64,000 nucleotides of DNA from Spirochaetota bacterium (GTDB lineage: Bacteria > Spirochaetota > UBA12135 > COTS27 > CBDBHE01), in contig CBDBHE010000001.1 of the NCBI GenBank assembly GCA_965205605.1, forward strand, positions 31,384-95,383. Reading direction: 5' to 3'. The translations under genes and the position numbers were made by a program. Every line of letters starts with the position of its first letter. Positions within the stretch are counted from its first letter, which is position 1. Below the pieces are notes generated by a model. That model ran no database searches. It was not told the DNA's origin and was given only the letters and a program-made list of their open reading frames with translations. Shown here piece by piece: positions 50,401-60,039 of this stretch.

Positions 50401-53259
50401 TTTTTCTCTTTTAAATTGTCTTTGCATAAAAAGATTCATTTCAATACCTGTGGGTGTTTTTGTCTTTATGATTTCTTCTGGAGTACCAGAAAAAATAATG
50501 TTACCCCCTTCATCACCTCCTTTGGGTCCCATTTCAATAATACAATCAGCAAATTTAACCACATCCAAATTATGCTCAATAACCAAAACGGTATTTCCTC
50601 TATCCACCAAATTTTCTAACGCTTTTAAAAGTCTTTTAATATCATTAAAATGCAGTCCTGTTGTAGGTTCGTCAAGCAAATAAAGCGTTTTATTATAAGT
50701 CGTTTTACCAAGTTCAGCAGCAAGCTTAATCCTTTGAGCTTCCCCTCCAGAAAGTGTTGTTGAAGGCTGACCAAGTTTTAAATATCCAAGTCCAATTTCA
50801 TTCATCACTCTTAAAATCTGATTAAGCTTTAGCACATCTTTAAAAAAAACATACGCTTCTTCAACCGTCATTTCCAAAACATCATAAATATTTTTTCCCT
50901 TATAATGGATATCAAGGGTATTAGAATTAAAACGCTTGCCATTACATTCTTCACAAATGACTTCCGCAGAAGAAAAAATTTGCATATCAATTTCAATGCT
51001 ACCTCCCCCTCTACAATTTTCACACCGTCCCCCCTTAACATTAAATGAAAAACGACCTTTTAAATAACCTCTGATTTTTGATTCCGGTAACATCGCATAC
51101 AAATCTCGTACCACATCCCAAGCTTTCGTATATGTTGAAGCATTACTTCTAGGGGTTCTTCCTATGGGTCTTTGATCAATTTCAATCACTTTAAAAAGAT
51201 GTTCACAACCTCCAATATCTTTATAATTTTTACTAATTTTTTTTTTATTTAAAAATTCACTAACACTTTCTTTTAAAACTTCTACTAAAGTGGATTTACC
51301 AGAGCCACTCACTCCTGTTAAAACAATGAAATTTTCTAAAGAAAAAGAAAGATCCAAAGATTTAATATTAAATTGATTAATCCCTTTTAAAAAAAGCTTC
51401 TGTTTTTCTTTTCGTCTTTCAACTGGTGTTTTAATAAAAGAATGCCCAAAAAGATATTCCATCGTTTTAGAAGCATACCCTTCATTTTCGGCCTCTTTCT
51501 GTTTAAAGGAAAAATTACTTGGAATATCATTAAAACAAACATACCCTCCTTTTTTACCTGCCTTAGGGCCTATATCGACTAAATGATCTGAAGATAAGAT
51601 AGTTTCTTCATCATGCTCAATGACGATAACTGTATTCCCATGATCTCTTAATTTTTTTAAAGTATTGATTAATTTTCGATTATCAGACTGATGGAGACCA
51701 ATAGAAGGTTCATCTAAAATATATAAACATCCTTCAAGGCCACTGCCTACTTGAGAAGCCAAACGAATCCTTTGAGCCTCCCCTCCAGAAAGTGTATTGG
51801 CTCTTCTTTCAATAGTAAGGTACTCAAGACCAACATTCATTAAAAAGAAAAGACGATCTTTAATCTCTTTTAAAATTGGGTTTAAAATTTGACTTGAATA
51901 TTGATTAAAATTTGTTTCATTAAAAAAAAATTTCAAATCTTTTATTTGAGTTATGACAAAATCATGAATATTTTTACCAGAAAATTGGACATTTAAAGCA
52001 AGCTCATTGAGCCTCTTTCCTTCACAAGTAGAGCATTTTATTAATTTTTGATATTTTTCTAGAAAACTAATTTTATATTTTTTATAAAAAAACTCCAATT
52101 CTCCAAAAATATCAAAATCAATATTATCTTTTACTTTAGTTTTTTTTTCTTTTTTAAAAAGGCGTTTTTTAAAAAAATCAGGTAACTCTCCCCAAGGTGT
52201 TTTTATTTTTTGCTTATATTTTTTATATAAATTAAGAATTTCTTTTCTCCCTTTATTAGCAAATAAAACATTCCCTCTCTCATTAAGGATATAAACAGCT
52301 CCTTCAAAAATACTTTTACTTTCATTTTTAACACACTTATCAAAGTCAAAATATCGCTTATACCCCATCCCATCACATTGATTGCAAGCTCCCCTTAAAG
52401 AATTAAAAGAAAAAAGATTTGGCTCTAGTTCAGGGATACTATAGCCACAAGTAGCACAAGAATTGGTGGCATTATAAAGAGAATAATCTTTACTTGAATA
52501 CCTCACTCTTTTTTTTTTACTTTCTTTTTCTAATGAAGAAACTCTAAGTAATGAAATCCTCCCTCCACTAATATCAATTGCTTTTTTCACCCCTTCTTTA
52601 ATCCGCTCTTTTTCTTCAGATGTAATTTTAAGTCGATCAATAACAATTTCAATTCGATGTTTTTCATATCGCTTTATATTAATTTCTTCATCAAGTCGGT
52701 AAAGTAACCCATCAATCATCACTCTTACAAATCCCTCTAAGCGATAAGATTCAAATTCTTTTCGATACTCCCCTTTCCTATCTAAAATAACAGGTGACAT
52801 TAAAAAAATTTCTTCTTCTTCAAAATGATTAAAAACATGATTCACAATCATTTCAGGTGTTTGACTTGAAATCACCCCATGCCCCTTAGGACAATAAGCA
52901 ACCCCTAAACGAGAAAAAAGAAGTCTTAAAAAATCATAAATTTCTGTAATCGTTCCAACTGTAGACCTTGGATTACGACCAACACTCTTTTGATCAATAC
53001 AAATAGTAGGTGAAAGACCTTCAATAAAATCAACTTGTGGTCTTTCCATTTGATTTAAAAATTGCCTCGCATACGCTGATAAAGAAGAAATATAGCGACG
53101 CTGACCTTCTTTAAAAATAGTATCAAACGCTAAAGACGACTTCCCAGAACCACTCACCCCTGTAATAACAATAAAGCGATGCTTTGGTATAGCTAAGGAA
53201 ATATTTTTTAAATTATGTTCACTAGCTTTTCTAATAATAATTTTATTATTAGATAACAT
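47449..53259 (-). CDS. uvrA: Excinuclease ABC subunit A, tandem-fused double-length form
   Basis: 1936 aa; four GVSGSGK(S/T) Walker A motifs and four LSGGE signatures; two EGQR(R/K)YI-x-SLS motifs. Confidence 0.95.
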   Translation of the reverse strand: MLSNNKIIIRKASEHNLKNISLAIPKHRFIVITGVSGSGKSSLAFDTIFKEGQRRYISSLSAYARQFLNQMERPQVDFIEGLSPTICIDQKSVGRNPRSTVGTITEIYDFLRLLFSRLGVAYCPKGHGVISSQTPEMIVNHVFNHFEEEEIFLMSPVILDRKGEYRKEFESYRLEGFVRVMIDGLLYRLDEEINIKRYEKHRIEIVIDRLKITSEEKERIKEGVKKAIDISGGRISLLRVSSLEKESKKKRVRYSSKDYSLYNATNSCATCGYSIPELEPNLFSFNSLRGACNQCDGMGYKRYFDFDKCVKNESKSIFEGAVYILNERGNVLFANKGRKEILNLYKKYKQKIKTPWGELPDFFKKRLFKKEKKTKVKDNIDFDIFGELEFFYKKYKISFLEKYQKLIKCSTCEGKRLNELALNVQFSGKNIHDFVITQIKDLKFFFNETNFNQYSSQILNPILKEIKDRLFFLMNVGLEYLTIERRANTLSGGEAQRIRLASQVGSGLEGCLYILDEPSIGLHQSDNRKLINTLKKLRDHGNTVIVIEHDEETILSSDHLVDIGPKAGKKGGYVCFNDIPSNFSFKQKEAENEGYASKTMEYLFGHSFIKTPVERRKEKQKLFLKGINQFNIKSLDLSFSLENFIVLTGVSGSGKSTLVEVLKESVSEFLNKKKISKNYKDIGGCEHLFKVIEIDQRPIGRTPRSNASTYTKAWDVVRDLYAMLPESKIRGYLKGRFSFNVKGGRCENCRGGGSIEIDMQIFSSAEVICEECNGKRFNSNTLDIHYKGKNIYDVLEMTVEEAYVFFKDVLKLNQILRVMNEIGLGYLKLGQPSTTLSGGEAQRIKLAAELGKTTYNKTLYLLDEPTTGLHFNDIKRLLKALENLVDRGNTVLVIEHNLDVVKFADCIIEMGPKGGDEGGNIIFSGTPEEIIKTKTPTGIEMNLFMQRQFKREKGYFLKNQNKLFESFSSKKEVITSGNNGASIQIKGLTKNNLKNVNLSLPKNQIITITGVSGSGKTSVALDTIFQEGQRKYINSLSTYAKRFLGRLERPPVDDIQGISPTIAVNQKAASKNPRSTVATQTEIYDSFRILYANIGILHCSFCRKKLEEKNPSNVFSELIKNKNQMKKSVMIAAPLFVKESSKKYLLENKEKLFVFIPILKEKGFLRLLMGEEVIRLDVEEEKIKDTLQDCENIYLVIDRIYLEEKEKSRFIEAFEKAYEIGHGVGMAYFEDNKKTHFSKYPMCFEHDLFYEEKLTPRHFSFNHHLGACERCEGIGKSLSFQKNLFIIKQNLPFLNGAIKPEYHTFFAGRGKYYYNANFLRKVANENNIDLWETPYKSLLEEEKKMILFGYFEDKALFLKGKKWPGIASIIESLMNSSTSSERWKNIFSKCIAFNICPKCLGGRLKSQYLSILIEDINIAKLTSFNLKQVFSFFEILPQRLTSNEAMIVRDLLEETQFRLKQMLYLGIDYLTLNRQISTLSGGEAQRIRLSTQIGNKLNDVIYVLDEPTIGLHESDTEKLFEAILNLKKLGNTVILVEHDENIIKQSDWIVDIGPKAGENGGKIIYNGENQKQKLKETSFFPYLYSDKKNKQYRKFLNPLFDKKRDPYLLLSNVIKNNIKGIDVEIPIGQLVGISGVSGSGKSSLIFDWFLPRVKDWIGKKIVSQNDLSFFLEGKKKSHIPFKFVNVVDQLAVSPSIRSTASSYLDIFSSIRKIFANTKSARLKGFLEGSFSFNTPIGRCNLCQGIGSREISMHFISDVSVVCEECKGKRYKKEVLSVYYKEKNIFEILQMTFLEAYDFFDARKLLRDKIKVVLDTGLDYLKLGSGTHILSGGELQRLKLAKELSKKEDLSGNLYILDEPTTGLHFSDIEKLLDVLEQLIKRGNTVIVIEHNPYFLSNMDYIIDMDPKAGEKGGKIVASGSPQQLKNKKEGLTYLYL

Positions 53260-54647
53260 TAGTAAAAATGAGTCATTAAGGATTCAATTTCTTCAATCGT
53301 CTTAGGGCATGATTTTGTTAAATTAACACAGCCTTTTTTAGTAATCAGCAAATTATCTTCTATTCGAATTCCAATAGTTTCTTTATATTTTTTTCCACAA
53401 ATGATCAATTCAAACTCTCCATAAACCCCTGCTTCATTAGAAATCACCCATCCTTCTTTCATTGGTAAACTTTTATAGTTCCCAAAAGGATCCCCATCAT
53501 GAACTTCTATTCCTATTAAATGACTGACTCCATGAGGGATTTTATTATACTTTAAAACCACCTTGCCTTTTTCTTGTTTAATTTGTTTCTCTAAAGCATC
53601 ATTAATAAAACCCCAACAAATTTCATTTAAAACATTAATACTCACTCCCGCTTTAGCATGATTTTCAACTCTTCTTTGGGCACCTAAAACAATTTCATAT
53701 AAAAGCCTTTGTAAAGGATTAAATTTTCCATTAGCAGGGATCGTTCTTGTAATATCTGCATTCATAAGATACCACTTAGCTCCAAAATCAATTAAGATAA
53801 GTTTCTTTAAATCTATAGAATCATTATTTTTAGTGTAATGAAGAGTCGTCGCATTTTCGCCACTTGCAACAATCGTTGAAAAACTTAATCCAAAAGAACT
53901 TCGCTTCTTGATTTCTCCTTCAATAAATCCACAAATCTCTTTTTCATTATTAAATTTCTTATGATTTTTTAAAAGAGATCTAAAAACATCGATACTAATT
54001 TGACAAGCTTTTTTAAAATTATTAACATCAACAAGGTCTAAATTAGGCCTGATTTTCCAAACAATATCTTGAATGTTAATAAAAATTTCATTAGAAAATA
54101 CTCGATTCTTTTTAAAAAGTCTTTTTACTTCTTGATAAAACTCATAATAATGATCCTTAATAATGTTTTTTTTTGATTGATGCCAAAAAAGCCCAAGTTG
54201 TTGTTTTTTAAACATCATTAATCTTTCTTTTAAAAAAAAAATTAATGTTTCAATTGGCAAATATTTTTTAAACCCTAGGACTTTTTTAAAACATGCTTCA
54301 CATTGCTTATCACCAATACCAAATTGGTATCCTTCCCAAAAAATTTTTTTTAAATCCTTTTTAGGAAGAAAAAGAATTTCTTCCTCTTTTCCATTACCAA
54401 GAAAAAGAGCTATATTAGATTGATTAATTCCTGTTAAATAAAAAAATAAAGGATCTTGTACAAAATTAGAAGTTTTTTTTGTTAAAAAATGAGTTTTATA
54501 TTCTTCCTTTAAGCCCAAAATAAAAACAGGAAATGAACACAAGCTTTTTAATTTTTCTCTTCTTTTCTGATATCTTCGTTTGCTTTTTGATCCGAGAGCA
54601 TCATCGATATAAATATTAGAAAAAGAATTTTTTTTTTTTCTTAACAA
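53259..54647 (-). CDS. pepP: Xaa-Pro aminopeptidase (M24B)
   Basis: FFYLTG, IDFGA...ADITRT, HGVSHLIGIEVHD, NEAG, GIRIEDN. Confidence 0.9.
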   Translation of the reverse strand: MLRKKKNSFSNIYIDDALGSKSKRRYQKRREKLKSLCSFPVFILGLKEEYKTHFLTKKTSNFVQDPLFFYLTGINQSNIALFLGNGKEEEILFLPKKDLKKIFWEGYQFGIGDKQCEACFKKVLGFKKYLPIETLIFFLKERLMMFKKQQLGLFWHQSKKNIIKDHYYEFYQEVKRLFKKNRVFSNEIFINIQDIVWKIRPNLDLVDVNNFKKACQISIDVFRSLLKNHKKFNNEKEICGFIEGEIKKRSSFGLSFSTIVASGENATTLHYTKNNDSIDLKKLILIDFGAKWYLMNADITRTIPANGKFNPLQRLLYEIVLGAQRRVENHAKAGVSINVLNEICWGFINDALEKQIKQEKGKVVLKYNKIPHGVSHLIGIEVHDGDPFGNYKSLPMKEGWVISNEAGVYGEFELIICGKKYKETIGIRIEDNLLITKKGCVNLTKSCPKTIEEIESLMTHFY

Positions 54648-54649
54648 AA

Positions 54650-56713
54650 TTATTTCCTTAAAATACCAGAATAACGTAAAAAAGCTTTTGTTTTCACTCC
54701 TCGTTTTCTAAATCTCTTGTACATTTTCATAAAATCATCACTGCCTCCTTTTTCTAAAATCTCATTTAAAAAAGCTTTAGCTGACTTGCGGTCAAAAATA
54801 CCCTTTTCTTCAAAAAGAGAAAAAGCATCAGCCGCCAATACTTCCGCCCACTTATAAGAATAATACCCTGCTGCATATCCTCCAGAAAAAATATGAAGAA
54901 AAGAATTTTCAAACTGACTATATTCCGGAGGAAATAAAACAGCAACTTTATTTCTTAAACTATCAATATAATCCTTAACATTCTTATATTTTTTAGAAGG
55001 AAAATAAGAATGCAAACCTAAATCAATAAGAGAAAACTCTATTTGCCTTAACATCAATAACCCTGACTGAAAATATTTACCAGCTAAGATTTTATTTAAA
55101 AGTTCGTTTGGCATCTTTTTTTTAGTTTCATAATGCTCACTTAAATTTCTTAAAGATTCTTTTTGCCATCCCCAATATTCAAGAAATTGAGAAGGAAGTT
55201 CGACACTATCCCAAGGGACTCCATTAATACCACTAACTTTTACTAAATCAACTTTTGTAAATAAATGATGAATCGCATGCCCCATTTCGTGTAAAAAAGT
55301 TAATAAGTCAACATGCGTCAATAAAGTAGGTTTTTTTTTTTCAGATTTTAAAAAATTAGTCACTACATAAGCAATAGGTAATTGTAGTTTATCTTGACCC
55401 AAACGTTTACGACATAAACATTCATCCATCCAAGCCCCTCCCCTTTTGTTTTTTCTAGCATACAAGTCTAAAAATAAATAACCTATTTTTTTTTTGTTTT
55501 TATCAACAACAGCGTAAAACAATACTTCTTCATCCCACTTCTCTGCTTTTTCAAGTAGAAAATGATAGCCAAATAAACGTTCTATAAGCTTAAAAGTTGA
55601 TGGAATTATTTTCAAAAGAGAAAAATAAACTTTAATTTCTTCTTCACTATAAGAGAAATACTGCTTTTTTAACAATTCTGAATAATAATAAAAATCCCAA
55701 GGTTCAAAAACAATGATTTTAACATCTTGTTTTTTAGCAAATGCAATAAGATCATTTTTTTCTTTATTTGCCATAGATTTAGTTTTCTTAGCTAATTTAA
55801 ATAAAAAACGAAATATTTTTTCTTTCGAAGAAGCCATTTTTTTAACCAATGACATATCTGAAAAAGTTTTATAACCAATTAATTTTGCCTTTTCTTTTCT
55901 CAGCATTAAAATTTCTTCAATAAGCAAAGTATTATTTCTTTTTCCTTTAGAGGCTCTTGTGACATAAGCTCGATAAATTTTCTCACGTATCTTTCTACTG
56001 CGACAATACTTTATTAAAGACAAATAGCTATTTTGTTGTAAAGTAAAAACCCAACCTTTCTCATCTCTTTGAATTTTTTTTCTAAAAACAGCTTCTTCAT
56101 GAGCAAATCCTAAAACAGATTCTGGCATCCCTAAAACTATTTTTTCATCAGTAATGAAAAGCTCATATTCATTAGTGTCATCTAAAACATTATTTGAAAA
56201 TTTCATTTCTAATTTTTCTATTTTTTTATTTACTTCTTGAAATTTTTCTTTTTTCTGTTCGCTTAAATGTAAACCTGCTAATTTAAAATTTGTTAAGTCT
56301 TCTAAAACAATTTTTTGTTCCACTTTATTAAAAAATTTATATGCTTTTGAAGATTTGACAAACTTATATAAATTATAAAAACGTTTGTCTTGATTGAGCT
56401 TTATATAAAAATCTGTAATTTTAGGTAGTATCGTTTCATAAGTATTTCTAATCATTTTAGAATCTTTTACAGAATGCAAGTGTCTTAAAATCCCCCATCT
56501 TGTATTAACAAGGTCCACTAAATCTGAAATTTTTAAAATACTAGAAAAACTCCTATCATTTAAATTATTTAAAATTAAATCAATTTTTTTTTTAGTATCT
56601 TCTAAATAAACATCCAAATTAATCCTATTTGGATCTTTGATAAGATTGTTATACAAAGGCAATTTAATTTCTTTGTTGTTTTCAATTTTTTTAGTTAGAA
56701 AAATATTTTCCAT
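54650..56713 (-). CDS. prlC: Oligopeptidase A (M3 family)
   Basis: DLYARKNKRGGAWMD, HEMGH, WDSVELPSQ, GGYAAGYYSYKWAEVL. Confidence 0.93.
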   Translation of the reverse strand: MENIFLTKKIENNKEIKLPLYNNLIKDPNRINLDVYLEDTKKKIDLILNNLNDRSFSSILKISDLVDLVNTRWGILRHLHSVKDSKMIRNTYETILPKITDFYIKLNQDKRFYNLYKFVKSSKAYKFFNKVEQKIVLEDLTNFKLAGLHLSEQKKEKFQEVNKKIEKLEMKFSNNVLDDTNEYELFITDEKIVLGMPESVLGFAHEEAVFRKKIQRDEKGWVFTLQQNSYLSLIKYCRSRKIREKIYRAYVTRASKGKRNNTLLIEEILMLRKEKAKLIGYKTFSDMSLVKKMASSKEKIFRFLFKLAKKTKSMANKEKNDLIAFAKKQDVKIIVFEPWDFYYYSELLKKQYFSYSEEEIKVYFSLLKIIPSTFKLIERLFGYHFLLEKAEKWDEEVLFYAVVDKNKKKIGYLFLDLYARKNKRGGAWMDECLCRKRLGQDKLQLPIAYVVTNFLKSEKKKPTLLTHVDLLTFLHEMGHAIHHLFTKVDLVKVSGINGVPWDSVELPSQFLEYWGWQKESLRNLSEHYETKKKMPNELLNKILAGKYFQSGLLMLRQIEFSLIDLGLHSYFPSKKYKNVKDYIDSLRNKVAVLFPPEYSQFENSFLHIFSGGYAAGYYSYKWAEVLAADAFSLFEEKGIFDRKSAKAFLNEILEKGGSDDFMKMYKRFRKRGVKTKAFLRYSGILRK

Positions 56714-58235
56714 TTACTACTCCTTTTTTAAACTCATATTCAGGAACTGCTTCTTTTAAAGCTTGTCTAATTTCAAGCCTATTTAAAGAAGCAATCTTTT
56801 TTTTAATTTTTTTAAGCCAAGCGTCAACTAATTTTAGATTTTCTTTTTGCTTTAAAATTTTATAAATCTTAGGGTTTTCCGTTGAAGAAAAAATTTCTTT
56901 TTCTGTCATTAATTCTTCTTTAAGCTTTTCACCCTCTCTTAAGCCCGTATAAACAATAGAAATATCACTTTTAGCTCTCATTGCATAAAGGTCTATCATT
57001 TTTTTTACAAGCTCATTAATCCTAATAGGATCTCCCATATCCAAAATAAAACTTTCTCCCCCTTTAGAAATAACAGCTGCATTGATCACTAAAAGAGCCG
57101 CTTCTCTAATCGTCATAAAAAAACGTACCGCTTTAGGGTGGGTTACTGTAATAGGCCCTCCCGATAATATTTGCTTTTTAAAAAGAGGAACTACCGATCC
57201 TCTACTACCAATAACATTTCCAAAACGAACAATTGAAGCATTTATTTTTTCATTTTCATTAAAAAAAAGTGTTACAAGCTCTCCTATTTTTTTACTCACT
57301 CCCATTACATTAGAAGGATTAACGGCTTTATCCGTTGAAATAAAAATGAATTTTTCAAGATGATATTTTTTAGAAAGTAAAAGTAAATTCTCAGTGCCAA
57401 AAATATTGATTTTAATCGCTTCTTTTTCATTTTCTTCCATAAAAGGCACATGTTTATGAGCTGCCGCATGAAATAAAATATCAATTAATTCTTTTTTAAA
57501 AATTTCTTCCATCCTCTCATAATCCCGAATATTACCAAGATAATAAACAATTTTTACTTTCGTTTTCTTTTTAGAAATACTTTCTTGTAGCTGATATAAA
57601 GATTGTTCACTTCTGCAAAGACAAACAATTTTTTTCAAAGGAAAAGTAAGTAATTTACGACAAACCTCACTTCCAATACTCCCTCCAGCTCCTGTAATAA
57701 AAATGGTTTTATTATCAAATTGTTTATTAATCAGTCCCATATTTAAATAAAGACGCTTTCTACCAATTAAGTCTTCTGCAAGAATATTTCTAGTACTTGC
57801 AAAAGAAATCTTATCTTCCAATTGTTCTTTATACGCTGGTATAATACGTACTTGTATTTTTTTAAAATTAATTTGATCAATTATTAAATAAAGCTTACTC
57901 GGTTTTAAATTCTCAATTGCTATAATAACAAGATTAATTTTTTCTCTAAAACATATTTCTTTAACATCTTTTGAATAACCAATAACTGAAACCTTTAAAA
58001 AAGTTTTATTTTTTTTATCAAGATTATCATCTATCATTCCAACAACTAAATTAAGCTTTTTATTAATTTTTAAGTCTTTAATCAAGTCTTCAGCAGCTTC
58101 CCCAGCTCCTATAATAAGAATACGATCTTCTAAATCGATTAAATTTTTTCCATTCTTTTTACTTCGAAAAAAATTAATAAAATTTCCTTTTGAAAAAAAT
58201 AAATTTAAAATAAAAAATTGAATCAATCTAAACAT
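56691..58235 (-). CDS. Polysaccharide biosynthesis nucleotide-sugar 4,6-dehydratase (CapD/PglF family)
   Basis: ITGAGGSIGSE, FHAAAHKHVP, ISTDKAVNP, VRFGNVIGSRGSVVP, GLREGEKL. Confidence 0.93.
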   Translation of the reverse strand: MFRLIQFFILNLFFSKGNFINFFRSKKNGKNLIDLEDRILIIGAGEAAEDLIKDLKINKKLNLVVGMIDDNLDKKNKTFLKVSVIGYSKDVKEICFREKINLVIIAIENLKPSKLYLIIDQINFKKIQVRIIPAYKEQLEDKISFASTRNILAEDLIGRKRLYLNMGLINKQFDNKTIFITGAGGSIGSEVCRKLLTFPLKKIVCLCRSEQSLYQLQESISKKKTKVKIVYYLGNIRDYERMEEIFKKELIDILFHAAAHKHVPFMEENEKEAIKINIFGTENLLLLSKKYHLEKFIFISTDKAVNPSNVMGVSKKIGELVTLFFNENEKINASIVRFGNVIGSRGSVVPLFKKQILSGGPITVTHPKAVRFFMTIREAALLVINAAVISKGGESFILDMGDPIRINELVKKMIDLYAMRAKSDISIVYTGLREGEKLKEELMTEKEIFSSTENPKIYKILKQKENLKLVDAWLKKIKKKIASLNRLEIRQALKEAVPEYEFKKGVVNGKYFSN

Positions 58236-58460
58236 AAAAATCCATTTAATTAAGTCTTAACTTTTTTTTAGTGATTTTTTCAATAAAAAAATCAAAGTAA
58301 GAAAACAAATGAAAAAAATCTAAAACAAAAAAAATAAAATTGATTAATTTTAGCTAAAAATTAGTAGAAAATAAAAAAAAAGAGTCACTAAAAAACGAAA
58401 ATAGTGTTAAAAAAAAGGTCTCAATTTTACTCATAACAAAGGCTTCAAAGAGCAAGTTTT

Positions 58461-58489
58461 ATTATACAATACAGAAAAAAAAGTGTCGA
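58461..58489 (-). promoter_or_regulatory. Sigma70 promoter upstream of the capD-prlC-pepP-uvrA run
   Basis: Minus strand TCGACA-N17-TATAAT, about 27 nt upstream of ATG at 58434. Confidence 0.55.
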
Positions 58490-59197
58490 GAAATCAAATT
58501 GAAAATAATAAAAAGGGTAACTATATATAAGCTTACACAAAAAAGATTACTTTTCTTGTGAATACTAATTATATATATTTGTTTTATAAAACTGTTTATA
58601 ATAAACTTTTTTTTATTGGCAAAAGACATTCAAAGTTTAAGTTATAAAAAGAGCAAAGACTGTAATGAGTTTTAAAATTAATCAAAAAGACAAATCTTAT
58701 GATTTAAAAAAAAAATTTTGACGATCTTTCTAAGATTAAAGTCATACCATAAGAAAAACGAAATAATTTTTATATATCTTTTTCCACTATAAGCAAAGTT
58801 AAAGATAATATATATCAAATATGCCAATTATTGAAACCAACCGGAAAAATAAAAAAACACACTGAAATAGTAGATTCAAAAGTTAAAAATAATAAATATG
58901 AATCGATTGAGGTGATTCTATTTTTGTTATTTTATATATAGGCAAAGATAAACAAGGAGATAGAATATATTGCTTACCAAGAAGTGGTATTGATTATGAA
59001 ATATTAAAAAGTCTTATTGAGCATGTAAATCTTCAAGAAAAATTTTGAGTCATAAAAGAGGATAAGATAAATATAAAAGAAATAAAAAACAAAAATCTAA
59101 TAACTTATTACAAATGAATTTTTTTAAAGGTATTTAAATTTTTAAAAAATATTGTAAACTATGTATATAGTTTTTTACTCAAAAATACCAAGATAAC

Positions 59198-59818
59198 GTG
59201 ACTATAAGCGAAAAAGAATACAAAAAATTAAAAACTGTGCAAATCGGTAAACTTTTCAACCGTAGATGGAAAAAAAGAATGATTGCCATTAGTTTCACTA
59301 GTGTCGTATGGTTAGACATAAGAATATACGGTGAAATACAACAACTATTACTTCAAATAAGTAAATACACGATAAAACCCATTCTAAAAGCTGCTACTAT
59401 AATGAATAAAGGTGTAGTAAAAATAGATAGCCTCTTCGGTGGTTTTTTATCTAAAAAAGAGATAATTGATAAAGACGGTGGTGGAAGTATTCAACTTTTA
59501 AATTCAACATTCAATACAATTTATGAACCTCGCTTTATGCCTACCCTCAACACTATTTTACTCATGTACTTTTGTTTTCAATTTTTTTTGGCTATCAAAT
59601 TTCTAAGAGCAGACTATTTAATTACTTTAAAAGAAAAGAATAAATCCCAATATTTTTTTAAACTTGTAGTTATTGCTAATATTATATTGCCAATAACTTT
59701 AGAAATAATTTTTAAAAAGTTTCATCTCCAATCATTCATTATTTTTATACCCATAATATTGGGTATTGCACTGCTTGCTCAATGTATTGTTTTCTTACTT
59801 AGCTTTAAAAAAATTTAA
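59198..59818 (+). CDS. Hypothetical membrane protein (cassette cargo)
   Basis: 206-aa ORF with about three to four hydrophobic segments; no recognised motif. Confidence 0.55.
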   Translation: MTISEKEYKKLKTVQIGKLFNRRWKKRMIAISFTSVVWLDIRIYGEIQQLLLQISKYTIKPILKAATIMNKGVVKIDSLFGGFLSKKEIIDKDGGGSIQLLNSTFNTIYEPRFMPTLNTILLMYFCFQFFLAIKFLRADYLITLKEKNKSQYFFKLVVIANIILPITLEIIFKKFHLQSFIIFIPIILGIALLAQCIVFLLSFKKI

Positions 59819-59907
59819 AGCTAAATTATATACTTTGTGATAATCAGTGTTATGTATTTTATTTTAATGCATGCAAAGGTCTAGTTAGGAGCCTATGACT
59901 TTTAGAG

Positions 59908-60006
59908 GGTAACTAATGTGAATTTACACAAAAAAGATTACTTTTTTTCGGTGGAATATATTTTAACTTTTTAAAAAAACTCAGTGTAAACTCATATATA
60001 GTTACC
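59908..60006. mobile_element. 99-bp MITE
   Basis: Ends GGTAACTA...TTTACAC and GTGTAAAC...TAGTTACC; shares 22 bp TTACACAAAAAAGATTACTTTT (59924-59945) with 58533-58554. Confidence 0.65.
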
Positions 60007-60027
60007 GTATTTTTAATAAAGACATAT

Positions 60028-60033
60028 TATAAT
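60028..60033 (+). promoter_or_regulatory. -10 box for the 6S RNA candidate
   Basis: TATAAT ending 6 nt before the first base of the long RNA stem (G60040). Confidence 0.55.
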
Positions 60034-60039
60034 ATTAAG

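Larger units (their letters stand above)
58516..60006. mobile_element. Non-autonomous cassette bounded by IS-like terminal inverted repeats
   Basis: GGTAACTATATATAAGCTTACAC (58516-58538) versus reverse complement of 59984-60006: 21/23 identical; internal partial copies of both ends; no transposase. Confidence 0.6.
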
